Part shown: positions 8,255-17,988 of the stretch, in pieces | Layout of the letters: the number at the start of each line of letters is the position of its first letter | How positions within the stretch are numbered: position 1 is the stretch's first letter | Program-made: the position numbers and the translations under genes | The notes under the pieces: generated by a model | Told to the model about the DNA's origin: nothing | Seen by the model: only the letters and a program-made list of their open reading frames with translations | Databases searched by the model: none | Virus record (IMG/VR): IMGVR_UViG_3300019776_000324 | Coordinates: 124,001-188,000 of that record | DNA length: 64,000 bases | Direction: 5' to 3' (one strand)

Positions 8255-10282
8255 ATGACTATGTCAACACAAACGCCTTCTAAACAACTATTTGATCTAC
8301 TAGTTAGTAGAGATTTTGATCCTGAAATGCTGGATGTTCAGGGCAAACCTGCTCCAGATCCTAGCAAGGCTGAACTTTTTAACTTTGATTTCCGTGCAGA
8401 TTCTGGCAAAGATTACGGTACTGTAGTAATCATGTTGGGCGATGACAATAATCTTGAAGTTTACTTTGGCGACAATGTAGGTCGTACAATGGAAGGCCAA
8501 GACAAGAATGACTGGTATCAGTTTTTACAACAACTAAAGCATTTTGCAGTTAAGAACTTCATGAGCTTTAGTCCAAAAAATCTTAATCGCTTGCGTTACA
8601 GTATGCAAGGACAAGCAGCAATCAAAGAAGGCCTGTTTGAATCATGGACAGGCACAAAGACACAAAGCTGGAACGGCAAGCAAACAGAAGCTCGCTTGAT
8701 GATCAAGCATAAAAAGACTCTAGGCGAGAACGATGCTCGCTATCGTTACATTGAAAGTTTGTTTATTGAAACAGCCGAAGGTGAACGCTACAAGTTACCA
8801 TTTACTAAACTATCAGGTGGTCGTGCCATGGTAGAACATGTACGCAATGGTGGCAAGCCATACGACATTCGCGGAAATCATATTGCAGAAATAGTTGAAG
8901 AACTAAATGTACTAAGTCGTTTCAAGCGAGCTAACCAAGGTAAAATCTTTGAAGGCGACACAGCACAGTTAGTAGAGCAGACTAATGCTTATTACGAAAC
9001 AGCACAGAAAACATTAAAGAGTCTGAGCACCAACAAAGGATATACAAATTATTTTGAGTCATGGAATCCAGCAGAGATTACTGAACAAGAAGTAGTTATT
9101 GAAGGGTTAAAACATTTATTTGTGACACAAAGTATTGACACAAGAATTGAGTCAGCGTTACCCTTGCTGGCCAAAATACAACAACAAGGAAACGCTATGA
9201 AAGAAGCTAACATATTTGAAGCATGGGCAGATCGCCTGATGGAAGGTACATGGCAATTGCCAGACACACCAGAGAAACAAAACAAGTTAATTGAACTAAT
9301 GAGTCAAGACTTGCCAGTTGGTGCTGATGCTACTAATGCTACAGAACAATTGTATGATCTAATCGGTGATGACGAATTATTTGATCAATTGGAAGCACTT
9401 GCTGACCGTGACGCTAACGCTGATGCTCGTCAAGTCATCTATGATCGATTACAACAATTAAGTGATCATCCTGAAGTATTAAAAGTGGTTAACAGTTTAA
9501 ATATTGATGCTGATGTAGAAATGAATCCGCCCGAAGCTACTAACCCAGCTGACCTGCAACCAATGAATGAAAGTCGTTTAATGGATGCTACTGGTGAAAC
9601 TATCGAACACATTTTAAATCGTTTCAAGCACGAAGTTAAGACATTTGAACAAGGCGGTGACCTAGACGAAGACCTATATCACGCCCTATTTGACTATTGG
9701 AATGATGCCGGCGAGATTCCTTATGGTGTACAAAAGGCTCGCACAGGTGATCCATACGAGTGGGTAGCAAGCAATTTAGAAAGTCATTTACAAGGTGGCG
9801 GTATTGTTGGCGGCAATCCAGATGAAGATTATATGGATGAAACAGTTAAAGATCCAATGACTCAAACTGAAGATCCAGCTAACACACAACAACCAGAGTA
9901 TCCAGAATATCAGGATGACCTAGCTGGTATTCTTAAAACAGCTGGAGTTCCTGCTGTAGTGCAACCAGCACCAAACTATGAAACCGGTGACCTAGAAGAA
10001 GCAATCCCAACTACACTTGAGAATGAAGAAGAAACAGATGAAGGCGTAATTGGTTCTATAGCTGGTGCCGCATTAGGTGCAATGACACCAGTTCCAGGCG
10101 GCGCACTAATTGGTAGTCTGGCAGGCGATGCTATTCAAGACGAATTGTCAGATGAAGAAGAAACAGACGAAGACACAAGTCCATTGGCTGGTAAGTATGG
10201 ACACAGTGGCAAAATGAAAGCAGTATCCAAAGACTTGTCGTTCTTGGATCGTTTGAAAGAACTTTCAGGATTGAAGAAGTAA
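8255..10282 (+). CDS. Large hypothetical protein with acidic C-terminus and glycine-zipper-like segment
   Basis: 675 aa ORF; TAAATA at 8248-8253; GSIAGAALG...GALIGSLAG near the C-terminus. Confidence 0.6.
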   Translation: MTMSTQTPSKQLFDLLVSRDFDPEMLDVQGKPAPDPSKAELFNFDFRADSGKDYGTVVIMLGDDNNLEVYFGDNVGRTMEGQDKNDWYQFLQQLKHFAVKNFMSFSPKNLNRLRYSMQGQAAIKEGLFESWTGTKTQSWNGKQTEARLMIKHKKTLGENDARYRYIESLFIETAEGERYKLPFTKLSGGRAMVEHVRNGGKPYDIRGNHIAEIVEELNVLSRFKRANQGKIFEGDTAQLVEQTNAYYETAQKTLKSLSTNKGYTNYFESWNPAEITEQEVVIEGLKHLFVTQSIDTRIESALPLLAKIQQQGNAMKEANIFEAWADRLMEGTWQLPDTPEKQNKLIELMSQDLPVGADATNATEQLYDLIGDDELFDQLEALADRDANADARQVIYDRLQQLSDHPEVLKVVNSLNIDADVEMNPPEATNPADLQPMNESRLMDATGETIEHILNRFKHEVKTFEQGGDLDEDLYHALFDYWNDAGEIPYGVQKARTGDPYEWVASNLESHLQGGGIVGGNPDEDYMDETVKDPMTQTEDPANTQQPEYPEYQDDLAGILKTAGVPAVVQPAPNYETGDLEEAIPTTLENEEETDEGVIGSIAGAALGAMTPVPGGALIGSLAGDAIQDELSDEEETDEDTSPLAGKYGHSGKMKAVSKDLSFLDRLKELSGLKK

Positions 10283-10317
10283 TTTAACAGTTAGAACAAC
10301 CGCGTCATAAATATTCG

Positions 10318-10346
10318 TTGACGCTAAGGAAATAAGCGTGTACACT
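10318..10346 (+). promoter_or_regulatory. Sigma70-like promoter for gp32
   Basis: TTGACG (10318-23), 17 nt, TACACT (10341-46). Confidence 0.55.
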
Positions 10347-10373
10347 ACAACAGTGAATACGCTTTTTTCTTTT
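10334..10373 (+). terminator. Intrinsic terminator overlapping the gp32 promoter
   Basis: AAGCGTGTACACT-ACAAC-AGTGAATACGCTT stem followed by a T-rich run. Confidence 0.6.
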
Positions 10374-10380
10374 GTATCAC

Positions 10381-10440
10381 AGGCAACTTAAATCTATACA
10401 TTAGATAGGCAACACATTTTAGACAACTTAGAAAGGCAAC
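10381..10440 (+). repeat. Four AG(G/A)CAAC repeats in the gp32 leader
   Basis: Copies at 10381, 10407, 10421, 10434; the last overlaps the SD. Confidence 0.8.
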
Positions 10441-10445
10441 TAAAA

Positions 10446-11441
10446 ATGGCATCATTAGCAGAAATTCGCGCTCGTCTAGCCGCTAGCGAATCAAAACAAG
10501 GCGGTAGTAATCAATCCACAGGTGGTGATAACGCAATTTACCCACATTGGAATATGGAAGAAGGTCAAGCAGCAACACTTCGATTCCTCCCAGATGGTAA
10601 TACAAAAAATACATTCTTTTGGCAAGAACGCCAAATGATTCGCTTACCATTCAATGGTATCAAAGGCGAAATGGATTCAAAACAAGTTTATGTACAAGTA
10701 CCTTGTGTGGAAATGTGGCAAGAGACTTGCCCAGTCCTTACAGAAGTGCGTGGCTGGTTTAAAGACAAGAGCTTGGAAGAAATGGGTCGTAAGTACTGGA
10801 AAAAGCGTAGTTACATTTTCCAAGGGTTTGTTCGTGAGAACCCACTTGGCGACGACAGAACTCCGGCTAATCCAATTCGTCGTTTCATCATTGGTCCTCA
10901 AATCTTTACTACTATCAAATCAGCATTAATGGATCCAGAGTTGGAAGAATTGCCAACAGACTTAATGCGTGGTTTAGATTTCCGTATCACCAAAGGTGCC
11001 AAAGGTGGCTTTGCTGACTACAGCGGATCTAAGTGGGCCCGTAAAGAAACAGCACTTACAGAAGCTGAACAAGCAGCTATCGCTGAACATGGTTTGTTTG
11101 ATCTTTCAACATTCTTACCTAAGAAACCAACCGAAGCAGAAGTTCGAGTAATTAAAGAAATGTTCGAAGCTTCAGTTGACGGTCAGAGTTATGATACAGA
11201 TCGTTGGGGTCAATACTTCCGTCCAGCTGGTGTTAGTGCTCCTGCTGGCTCTAGTGCTCCGGCAACAGAAAGTGCTCCAGCACCACAAGTATCTGCTCCA
11301 GCACCGGTAGCAACATCAAGTGATTTTGATGATGAAGAACCAGCTGTAGCAACTGCTCCTGTAGCAACTCCAGCAAGTGGCGAACCTAAACAAAATGCTC
11401 AAGACATTTTGGCTATGATTCGTAGTCGTCAAAAGCAGTAA
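10446..11441 (+). CDS. gp32: Single-stranded DNA-binding protein (T4 gp32-like)
   Basis: LRFLPD, CPV, YWKKRSY, G.DF.I.K, Y..SKW, acidic/Pro-Ala tail; upstream of uvsX. Confidence 0.85.
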   Translation: MASLAEIRARLAASESKQGGSNQSTGGDNAIYPHWNMEEGQAATLRFLPDGNTKNTFFWQERQMIRLPFNGIKGEMDSKQVYVQVPCVEMWQETCPVLTEVRGWFKDKSLEEMGRKYWKKRSYIFQGFVRENPLGDDRTPANPIRRFIIGPQIFTTIKSALMDPELEELPTDLMRGLDFRITKGAKGGFADYSGSKWARKETALTEAEQAAIAEHGLFDLSTFLPKKPTEAEVRVIKEMFEASVDGQSYDTDRWGQYFRPAGVSAPAGSSAPATESAPAPQVSAPAPVATSSDFDDEEPAVATAPVATPASGEPKQNAQDILAMIRSRQKQ

Positions 11442-11447
11442 TAAAAA

Positions 11448-11471
11448 TAGTCTAGGGGAAACCCTAGACTA
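11448..11471. terminator. 10-bp GAAA-tetraloop hairpin after gp32
   Basis: TAGTCTAGGG-GAAA-CCCTAGACTA; no U-tract on plus, T-run on minus. Confidence 0.55.
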
Positions 11472-11489
11472 CTAACTTACTATATAATA

Positions 11490-12398
11490 ATGAAATTTTC
11501 TTTGGTGTTTGATAATTCAGGTGATACCTTGCCCTTCGAGGTTGTGTATAACCACGAGTTATTTGAGTTCTTTGTAAATCAGTCTAACGCAGATTCACAA
11601 AACTCTTTTTCAAATCGTCAAGCATTGTTCAATGACATTGATAAAAAGATCACACACTTACATTGGGCAATATCAAAAACCAACGAAGTGTTATATTCTT
11701 TGATAGGCAAATCATTTGATCAACAAACAAACTTAGAAAAATATTTAAACCAAGATTTTTTAAATAAAACACATTGTGATTGGGTCTTTTCACAACTCAA
11801 TACTGTTGATATTGATAAACTCAGGTTTAACAGCAATTCTAAAATTGCTTCTCTCGGTTGGCAGTTACATGAGATGTATCCAGACGAAATTCGCATTGTT
11901 AAGACTAGCGAAATTTTAGAAAAGTTAGGATATATCTATCCATACGAAGAGGTAAATTTAGGAGTACATAGATTAGAATCAGCATTTAATAAATCAAATT
12001 TAGAATTTAGTGCCGACAATAAGTGGAAAGTTTTTCCAAATCCGTTTAAGGACACAATGGTTAGTAACAACAGCATTGTTAATTTTTCATTCGGTTACAC
12101 TTATGTTGGTAGACAGTACTACAACAAGTTTGAATACTTCGATGACAAGTTAACCTATGGCGATCACTACAATTATGAAAATTTAGAATTTTCATTCCAA
12201 CTAAATTTGCAAAAGGCTCAAACAATTGATTTCAGCCCAGAAGCAAAAAAGTGGGCGCAGGAAAAAAACATTCCATTGATTGCTACTCAAGTACCTATTG
12301 CTAATATACCAAATCTAACAGAAAATTTATTTGAATATAGAAAAGTTTTATATAGAAATTCTCGAGATAATAATCGAGCTCGCATTGTTTTAAACTAA
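11490..12398 (+). CDS. Hypothetical protein, distant paralog of 22075-22875
   Basis: 302 aa, AT-rich; shared N..H, H..E and (V/L)G(R/K) segments. Confidence 0.6.
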   Translation: MKFSLVFDNSGDTLPFEVVYNHELFEFFVNQSNADSQNSFSNRQALFNDIDKKITHLHWAISKTNEVLYSLIGKSFDQQTNLEKYLNQDFLNKTHCDWVFSQLNTVDIDKLRFNSNSKIASLGWQLHEMYPDEIRIVKTSEILEKLGYIYPYEEVNLGVHRLESAFNKSNLEFSADNKWKVFPNPFKDTMVSNNSIVNFSFGYTYVGRQYYNKFEYFDDKLTYGDHYNYENLEFSFQLNLQKAQTIDFSPEAKKWAQEKNIPLIATQVPIANIPNLTENLFEYRKVLYRNSRDNNRARIVLN

Positions 12399-12409
12399 AG
12401 AGGACTAAC

Positions 12410-13477
12410 ATGGGTAAACCATTTGATATATCAAAATTCCGCAAGGACATCACTAAGAGCATTGATGGTCTTAGTATTGGATTTAACGATCCAACAGACT
12501 GGATCAGCACAGGCAACTTTGCCTTGAACTATCTTATCTCAGGCGACTTTAACAAAGGCATACCACTTGGTAAGGTAACAGTATTTGCTGGCGAATCAGG
12601 CGCAGGTAAATCATACATCTGTTCTGGCAACATTGTCAAACATGCACAAGAGCAAGGCATCTTTGTTATCTTAGTTGACTCAGAAAACGCACTTGACGAA
12701 AAGTGGTTACACGCATTAGGTGTTGATACAAGCGATAGCAAGTTGCTTAAACTTAACATGGCCATGATTGACGATGTAGCTAAAACTATTAGTACATTTA
12801 TGACAGACTACAAAGCACTACCAGATGGCGAGCGCATGAAAGTCCTGTTTGTTATTGACTCATTGGGTATGTTGTTGACTCCGACTGACATGAATCAGTT
12901 TGAAGCAGGTGATTTGAAAGGTGACATGGGTCGTAAACCTAAGGCACTTACAGCACTTGTTCGTAACTGTGTAAACATGTTTGGTAGTTACAATGTAGGC
13001 ATGGTATGTACAAACCACACATACGCTTCACAAGATATGTTCGATCCAGATGACAAGATCTCAGGTGGACAAGGCTTTATCTACGCATCAAGTATCGTAG
13101 TAGCTATGAAGAAAATGAAGCTGAAAGAAGATGAAGATGGCAACAAAGTATCCGAAGTAAACGGTATCCGTGCTGGTTGTAAGATTATGAAAACACGCTA
13201 TGCTAAACCGTTTGAAGGCGTACAAGTTAAGATTCCTTATGCAACAGGTATGAGTCCATACTCAGGCATGGTAGACTTGTCCGAGAAAAAGGGCTTGCTT
13301 AAGAAAGAAGGCAACAGTTTAGTTTACACAACACTTGATGGCGAAATCATTAAACAGTTCCGTAAAAAGTGGGAAGCCAACGAAGATGGTTGCTTAGATA
13401 CAATTATTTCTGAGTTCGGTAAACACCCAATTGAGTCAGTAGAACTAAGTACTGAAGACACAGACTCGGAGGAATAA
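12410..13477 (+). CDS. uvsX: RecA-like recombinase UvsX
   Basis: AGESGAGKS, DSENA, VIDSLG, TNHTY, SGG.G..YASS. Confidence 0.93.
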   Translation: MGKPFDISKFRKDITKSIDGLSIGFNDPTDWISTGNFALNYLISGDFNKGIPLGKVTVFAGESGAGKSYICSGNIVKHAQEQGIFVILVDSENALDEKWLHALGVDTSDSKLLKLNMAMIDDVAKTISTFMTDYKALPDGERMKVLFVIDSLGMLLTPTDMNQFEAGDLKGDMGRKPKALTALVRNCVNMFGSYNVGMVCTNHTYASQDMFDPDDKISGGQGFIYASSIVVAMKKMKLKEDEDGNKVSEVNGIRAGCKIMKTRYAKPFEGVQVKIPYATGMSPYSGMVDLSEKKGLLKKEGNSLVYTTLDGEIIKQFRKKWEANEDGCLDTIISEFGKHPIESVELSTEDTDSEE

Positions 13478-13479
13478 GA

Positions 13480-13731
13480 ATGTCAGTAGAATTAAGCAAA
13501 GAAATTTGGGACGAACTCAAGCGTTATGTTAATACAGTAGATCGTGATGAAGCAGCAGAAACATTGGTTTCTGTATTGATCGATAATGATGCAGATGCAG
13601 ATGATATTAAATCTGTGTTTAAAAGTGATAGCGAAGTTAAGCGAGCTCTTGCAAGTTATCTCAAAGATCACGAGGATGAAGAAGACGAAGAGGACGAAGA
13701 TGATGATTATGAAGAGGACGACGACTATTAA
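13480..13731 (+). CDS. Small acidic hypothetical protein
   Basis: 83 aa with D/E tail, between uvsX and uvsY. Confidence 0.65.
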   Translation: MSVELSKEIWDELKRYVNTVDRDEAAETLVSVLIDNDADADDIKSVFKSDSEVKRALASYLKDHEDEEDEEDEDDDYEEDDDY

Positions 13732-14183
13732 TGTGGTATAGTCGTGTCACTTCTGATCTTAGTGCAATTCCAGATTTTATTGCACATTATGAACACGAAC
13801 TCGAATCTGCTAAAGCTGAATGTCGTGTGGGCGGCCGTATTGAAAAAAATATAGCCGCCTTGCCCGGCATCACTGAACACAGATTTAATCAACTTCAAGA
13901 AATCGAAGCAATTCTAAACTATCTTAATATTCAATTAAGAAAAATCCGACGAAAATATTTTCAAAAGTATTTAGAAGGATATGCTCGTGCATTAACTAGT
14001 CGTGATGCAGAGAAGTATGTTGATGGAGAAGACGAAGTCATTGACTTTGAAACACTAGTTAACGAAGTAGCGTTGTTGCGTAACAAATATCTTGGTATCA
14101 TGAAAGGTCTAGATGCTAAGAGTTGGCAAATGGGCCATATTGTTCGATTGCGCACAGCTGGTATGGAAGATATACAAATTTAA
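13731..14183 (+). CDS. uvsY: Recombination mediator UvsY
   Basis: Helical; AEKYVDGE, K.LD.K.WQ.G.IV.LR; next to uvsX. Confidence 0.75.
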   Translation: MWYSRVTSDLSAIPDFIAHYEHELESAKAECRVGGRIEKNIAALPGITEHRFNQLQEIEAILNYLNIQLRKIRRKYFQKYLEGYARALTSRDAEKYVDGEDEVIDFETLVNEVALLRNKYLGIMKGLDAKSWQMGHIVRLRTAGMEDIQI

Positions 14184-14938
14184 TGTTTACAACAGATCAA
14201 TCTCCAGACCGTCCCAGCCTCAGTGTATTAAATTCATTGTACGAATACGATGATTTTATGTCCAGTGTTAGCACTTTAGTTGATCTAGGGTGCGGCGATG
14301 GCCACGACATTGATTGGTGGGCAACAAGAACCACTAGGGATGAAAATCCTTTGCCTCTTAACATTCGATGTGTAGGAGTAGATCTAGAAGATAGGTTAGG
14401 AAGAATTAAAAAAAATCCAAACATAACATATCAGCAAACTAATTTTGAAGAAACTATACATACACCATCAAATAAACCATTTGATATATTATGGTGTTTT
14501 GATGCTTTTCAGTATTGTATCAATCCGTTGGAAACATTAAAGAACTGGAGAAATATTTCTAGTGAAGGTTCGATGTTGGCTATTTCTGTACCGGACACAT
14601 TGACAATTAAACATCGACAAATGTCTTTTTCTCAACCAGACGGATGTTATTATCATCACACTATGGTTAGTCTTATTCATATGTTGGCTGTCACCGGGTG
14701 GAATTGTAACATAGGTTTTTTTCAAAAACAAGTAAATGAACCGTGGACACATGCAATTGTATATAAAAGTGAACACGAACCAATGGATCCTAGAACTACA
14801 TCCTGGCATCAATTGTCTGAAATGAAGTTGCTACCCGACTCTGCTGAACAAAGTGTGTATGCTCATGGATATCTAAGACAGCAAGATTTGATTGTTCCGT
14901 GGATCGACCATAGTTTAACATTAATGTCTCAGATCTAG
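14183..14938 (+). CDS. Class I SAM-dependent methyltransferase
   Basis: LVDLGCGDG motif I, FDILWC; probable start ATG 14183 overlapping the uvsY stop. Confidence 0.8.
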   Translation: MFTTDQSPDRPSLSVLNSLYEYDDFMSSVSTLVDLGCGDGHDIDWWATRTTRDENPLPLNIRCVGVDLEDRLGRIKKNPNITYQQTNFEETIHTPSNKPFDILWCFDAFQYCINPLETLKNWRNISSEGSMLAISVPDTLTIKHRQMSFSQPDGCYYHHTMVSLIHMLAVTGWNCNIGFFQKQVNEPWTHAIVYKSEHEPMDPRTTSWHQLSEMKLLPDSAEQSVYAHGYLRQQDLIVPWIDHSLTLMSQI

Positions 14939-14956
14939 CCCTGCGTATTAACGGCA

Positions 14957-14964
14957 TATAAATA
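14957..14964 (+). promoter_or_regulatory. Late promoter TATAAATA
   Basis: Exact T4 late consensus, 5 nt before ATG 14970. Confidence 0.7.
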
Positions 14965-14969
14965 GAAAC

Positions 14970-15650
14970 ATGATTCCAATTTTTATCGGGTATGATCCTC
15001 GAGAAGCAATCGCTTTTCATGTATGCGCAAACAGTATTATTCGACATGCTAGCCAACCTGTGGCAATTGTGCCGTTGGCTCTTAACCTATTTAAAGATTA
15101 TAACGAAACACACACAGATGGCAGTAATCAATTTATCTACAGTCGTTTCCTAGTTCCTCATTTAATGAGCTATAACGGTTGGGCAATTTTTATCGATGGT
15201 GATATGATTGTTCGCGATGATATTACTAAACTGTGGGACTTACGAGATAGTCATAAAGATGTCATGGTAGTCAAGCACGACTACAAAACCAAAATGAAAC
15301 AAAAGTATCTTGGTAGTAAGAACGAGGACTATCCTAGAAAAAACTGGTCCAGTGTTATTCTTTGGAATTGCAATAATCATCCAAATAGAAAATTAACTCC
15401 CGAATTCATTGAACAATCAACTGGTGCATACTTACACCGTTTCAGTTGGATCGATGATGAGCGCATTGGCGAACTACCAAAAGAATGGAATTGGTTACCA
15501 GACGAATATGGACCAAACCTAGATGCTAAACTACTACACTATACTTTGGGTACTCCGTGTTTTCACGAGTTTGCTACAACACCTCAAGGTGACGAATGGC
15601 ATCAAGAGAGAATGCTAACAGATTACTGCTTACAAAAAACACATGATTAA
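14970..15650 (+). CDS. Glycosyltransferase (GT-A, GT8-like)
   Basis: IFIGYD.RE, F.YSRFLVP, FIDGDM, YPRKNWSS, LHYT.G.P. Confidence 0.85.
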   Translation: MIPIFIGYDPREAIAFHVCANSIIRHASQPVAIVPLALNLFKDYNETHTDGSNQFIYSRFLVPHLMSYNGWAIFIDGDMIVRDDITKLWDLRDSHKDVMVVKHDYKTKMKQKYLGSKNEDYPRKNWSSVILWNCNNHPNRKLTPEFIEQSTGAYLHRFSWIDDERIGELPKEWNWLPDEYGPNLDAKLLHYTLGTPCFHEFATTPQGDEWHQERMLTDYCLQKTHD

Positions 15651-16575
15651 TGTAGCAGTATATCACCTTAGTGTACCAAAAAAGTTTAACGAAGAAAAAA
15701 CCAATATGCTGGAATTTTTTTCTGAAGGAGTTAGGGCAGTCGGTGATAACTCAACTGATGTTCGTGCTCATACCTACCTGGCCAGTGATGTGGCAGTTAT
15801 ACAAGGATGGATTGCAAATAAAACATCAAGTCCACATTTAAAATTACGGAATGATGTAATTAATCAACAACGCGATGCCAATCGTTATGTAGTTACTGCT
15901 GATAGTAATTTATTTTTATATGCAAACAAGGACAATCCGTTGCACTATCTAAGATATAGTTTTAACGGAGTATTTCCCAACACAGGTATCTACTGTGATA
16001 CCATAATAGATCCCAAGAGATGGCAACAGATACAACAAGACTTAAATATTTCTCTTAAAGATTATCGAACCAACGGTAACCACATCTTAGTTTGCTTACA
16101 GCGTGATGGTGGATGGAGTATGGGAACGCAAACAGTTAAAGAATGGACTGAAACAACATTAGCACGCCTGCGACAGCATACACAAAGACCCATTGTATTA
16201 CGAGCACATCCAGGCGACAAACAAAAAGACACATATCTTAAACCGTTGTCTGCATTAGCCAGCCGTTATAATTTTACAATATCATCAAATCCAAGATTAC
16301 AAGACGATCTAGAAGGGTGCTGGGCAGTAGTTAATCGTAATTCTAGCCCAGTGGTTGCAGCTGCTATTGAAGGATATCCTGTATTTGTAACTGATCCTGC
16401 GCATAGCCAGTGTCAAGAGATTGCTAACACCAGTTTATCACAAATTGAAACACCTGTAATGCCCGATAGACTAGCATGGGTTCAGCGATTAGCAATGAGT
16501 CATTGGAATTTTAGTGAACTTAGATCTGGACAGGCGTGGGCTCACATGCGCCAGTTTGTTCGCGATACAGTTTAA
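15643..16575 (+). CDS. GT-B / capsular polysaccharide biosynthesis-like protein
   Basis: IVLRAHP, NSS..V.A.IEG.PVF; paralog of 18780-19610. Confidence 0.65.
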   Translation: MINVAVYHLSVPKKFNEEKTNMLEFFSEGVRAVGDNSTDVRAHTYLASDVAVIQGWIANKTSSPHLKLRNDVINQQRDANRYVVTADSNLFLYANKDNPLHYLRYSFNGVFPNTGIYCDTIIDPKRWQQIQQDLNISLKDYRTNGNHILVCLQRDGGWSMGTQTVKEWTETTLARLRQHTQRPIVLRAHPGDKQKDTYLKPLSALASRYNFTISSNPRLQDDLEGCWAVVNRNSSPVVAAAIEGYPVFVTDPAHSQCQEIANTSLSQIETPVMPDRLAWVQRLAMSHWNFSELRSGQAWAHMRQFVRDTV

Positions 16576-17242
16576 ATCGTTGTGCCCATTCTGATCTAAT
16601 TTTTTTCATATCTTCATGATTGTATAATTTTTTATTATACTGACGATCTTGAAATGTTGCATCTAGATTGTTGCCCGTTACATCAAAACGATCGTGAAAT
16701 ACACTTACTGGGATTTCCTTAACAGCACCTGCTTCGTGACAGATATCTTGTATCCAAGAATCGTTCAATTGATGCAAACTAATCTCACCAAACAACTCAA
16801 TCCAAACTTTAGGGATTAACGGAAATAAGGTTAGGGTCTTTTTAAAATTTTCAGTAGTCATGTGTAGTAAACCAACATAGTCCTGTTCTGCGGCCAAATG
16901 TTGATCCCAGTCTGGAGTGAGCATTACAGCATCATCATTCCAAACCATAAGCCACTGTCCTTGTGATTGTTTTGCCATGGCAGTATAGTAGAAGTTAAGT
17001 CCACTGTACCCCCAACAAGGACAACAACACACTTGGGTATGAGAACCAAAACGATCAATCAAGTCACTCCACTGCGCACTGTTAAAGTACTCGTGACTGT
17101 TGGCATCATCCTCGTCGTAAGCAATCATGATTTCAATTTGGCCAGGATTGTCGCTGTTACTTAATAGGCTTTCAACTGTGCGCTTGACTAACGGAATTCG
17201 GTTTCTTGTGGGTAAAAGTACGCTGACTAAAATATCGCTCAT
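16520..17242 (-). CDS. Glycosyltransferase family 2-like
   Basis: VSVLLPTRNR, YDEDD, WNDDA; probable start ATG 17242, 4 nt after minus-strand TAAATA (17247-17252). Confidence 0.8.
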   Translation of the reverse strand: MSDILVSVLLPTRNRIPLVKRTVESLLSNSDNPGQIEIMIAYDEDDANSHEYFNSAQWSDLIDRFGSHTQVCCCPCWGYSGLNFYYTAMAKQSQGQWLMVWNDDAVMLTPDWDQHLAAEQDYVGLLHMTTENFKKTLTLFPLIPKVWIELFGEISLHQLNDSWIQDICHEAGAVKEIPVSVFHDRFDVTGNNLDATFQDRQYNKKLYNHEDMKKIRSEWAQRFKLYREQTGACEPTPVQI

Positions 17243-17280
17243 ATTATATTTACTCAAAAACTACGCATATAAATATTCCT

Positions 17281-17988
17281 ATGCTAGCTTATGTTATCGG
17301 TCTTGGTCAAATTCCTAGTTCTTTCGAAAGTGCAGTACAAGTCTACAACCAACTAAAAGAGTATGGATTAGACGCACGGTTCCACGAAGGTACCTACGGC
17401 AACCACGCACAAAAAATATTTGATTCAGAAGGCCGAACTCTTTATCATACTAGTTTCAAAGGTAATCCTGTTGACGACGAATATCGTGCCAGTGCTACAC
17501 GCCCTGGAGTAATGGGTTGTTTTCATAGCCATTTTAGATTATGGCAACGATGTGTAGAAATCAACGAACCCATACTAATTTTTGAAGATGATGTTATATT
17601 TGAAAGAGGCTGGACGCCAATTGAATGGGAAGATGTATTGCTAGTAGCCACAGGCAAATCTGTTTATAAAGACGAATGGTATGCGGAAAAATTGTATAAC
17701 CCTACAGGTACACCACATGCAGTTCCTCTTAATCGCAAAGTCATGCCTGGAGCAGTTGGATATGGACTTACTCCACAGGGTGCAAAGAAACTTACAGACT
17801 TTTATAAAAATTATTTTGCTCCAGCTGACAATTCAATGAATGCCACTGTGGTTAGCTTACAGTGTCACACTTATCTTATGGGCCGTGCAGCCATTGATGA
17901 AGATGGAAAGAAAAGTTTAACTAAAACTAAAATGTGGGACAAGCAACCTAAGTCTAAGACAGCGATTGCCAATATGCCTCGGGTCTAG
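17281..17988 (+). CDS. Glycosyltransferase family 25-like
   Basis: GCF.SH..LW, ILIFEDD, GY...P.GAKKL; TATAAATA at 17268-17275. Confidence 0.8.
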   Translation: MLAYVIGLGQIPSSFESAVQVYNQLKEYGLDARFHEGTYGNHAQKIFDSEGRTLYHTSFKGNPVDDEYRASATRPGVMGCFHSHFRLWQRCVEINEPILIFEDDVIFERGWTPIEWEDVLLVATGKSVYKDEWYAEKLYNPTGTPHAVPLNRKVMPGAVGYGLTPQGAKKLTDFYKNYFAPADNSMNATVVSLQCHTYLMGRAAIDEDGKKSLTKTKMWDKQPKSKTAIANMPRV

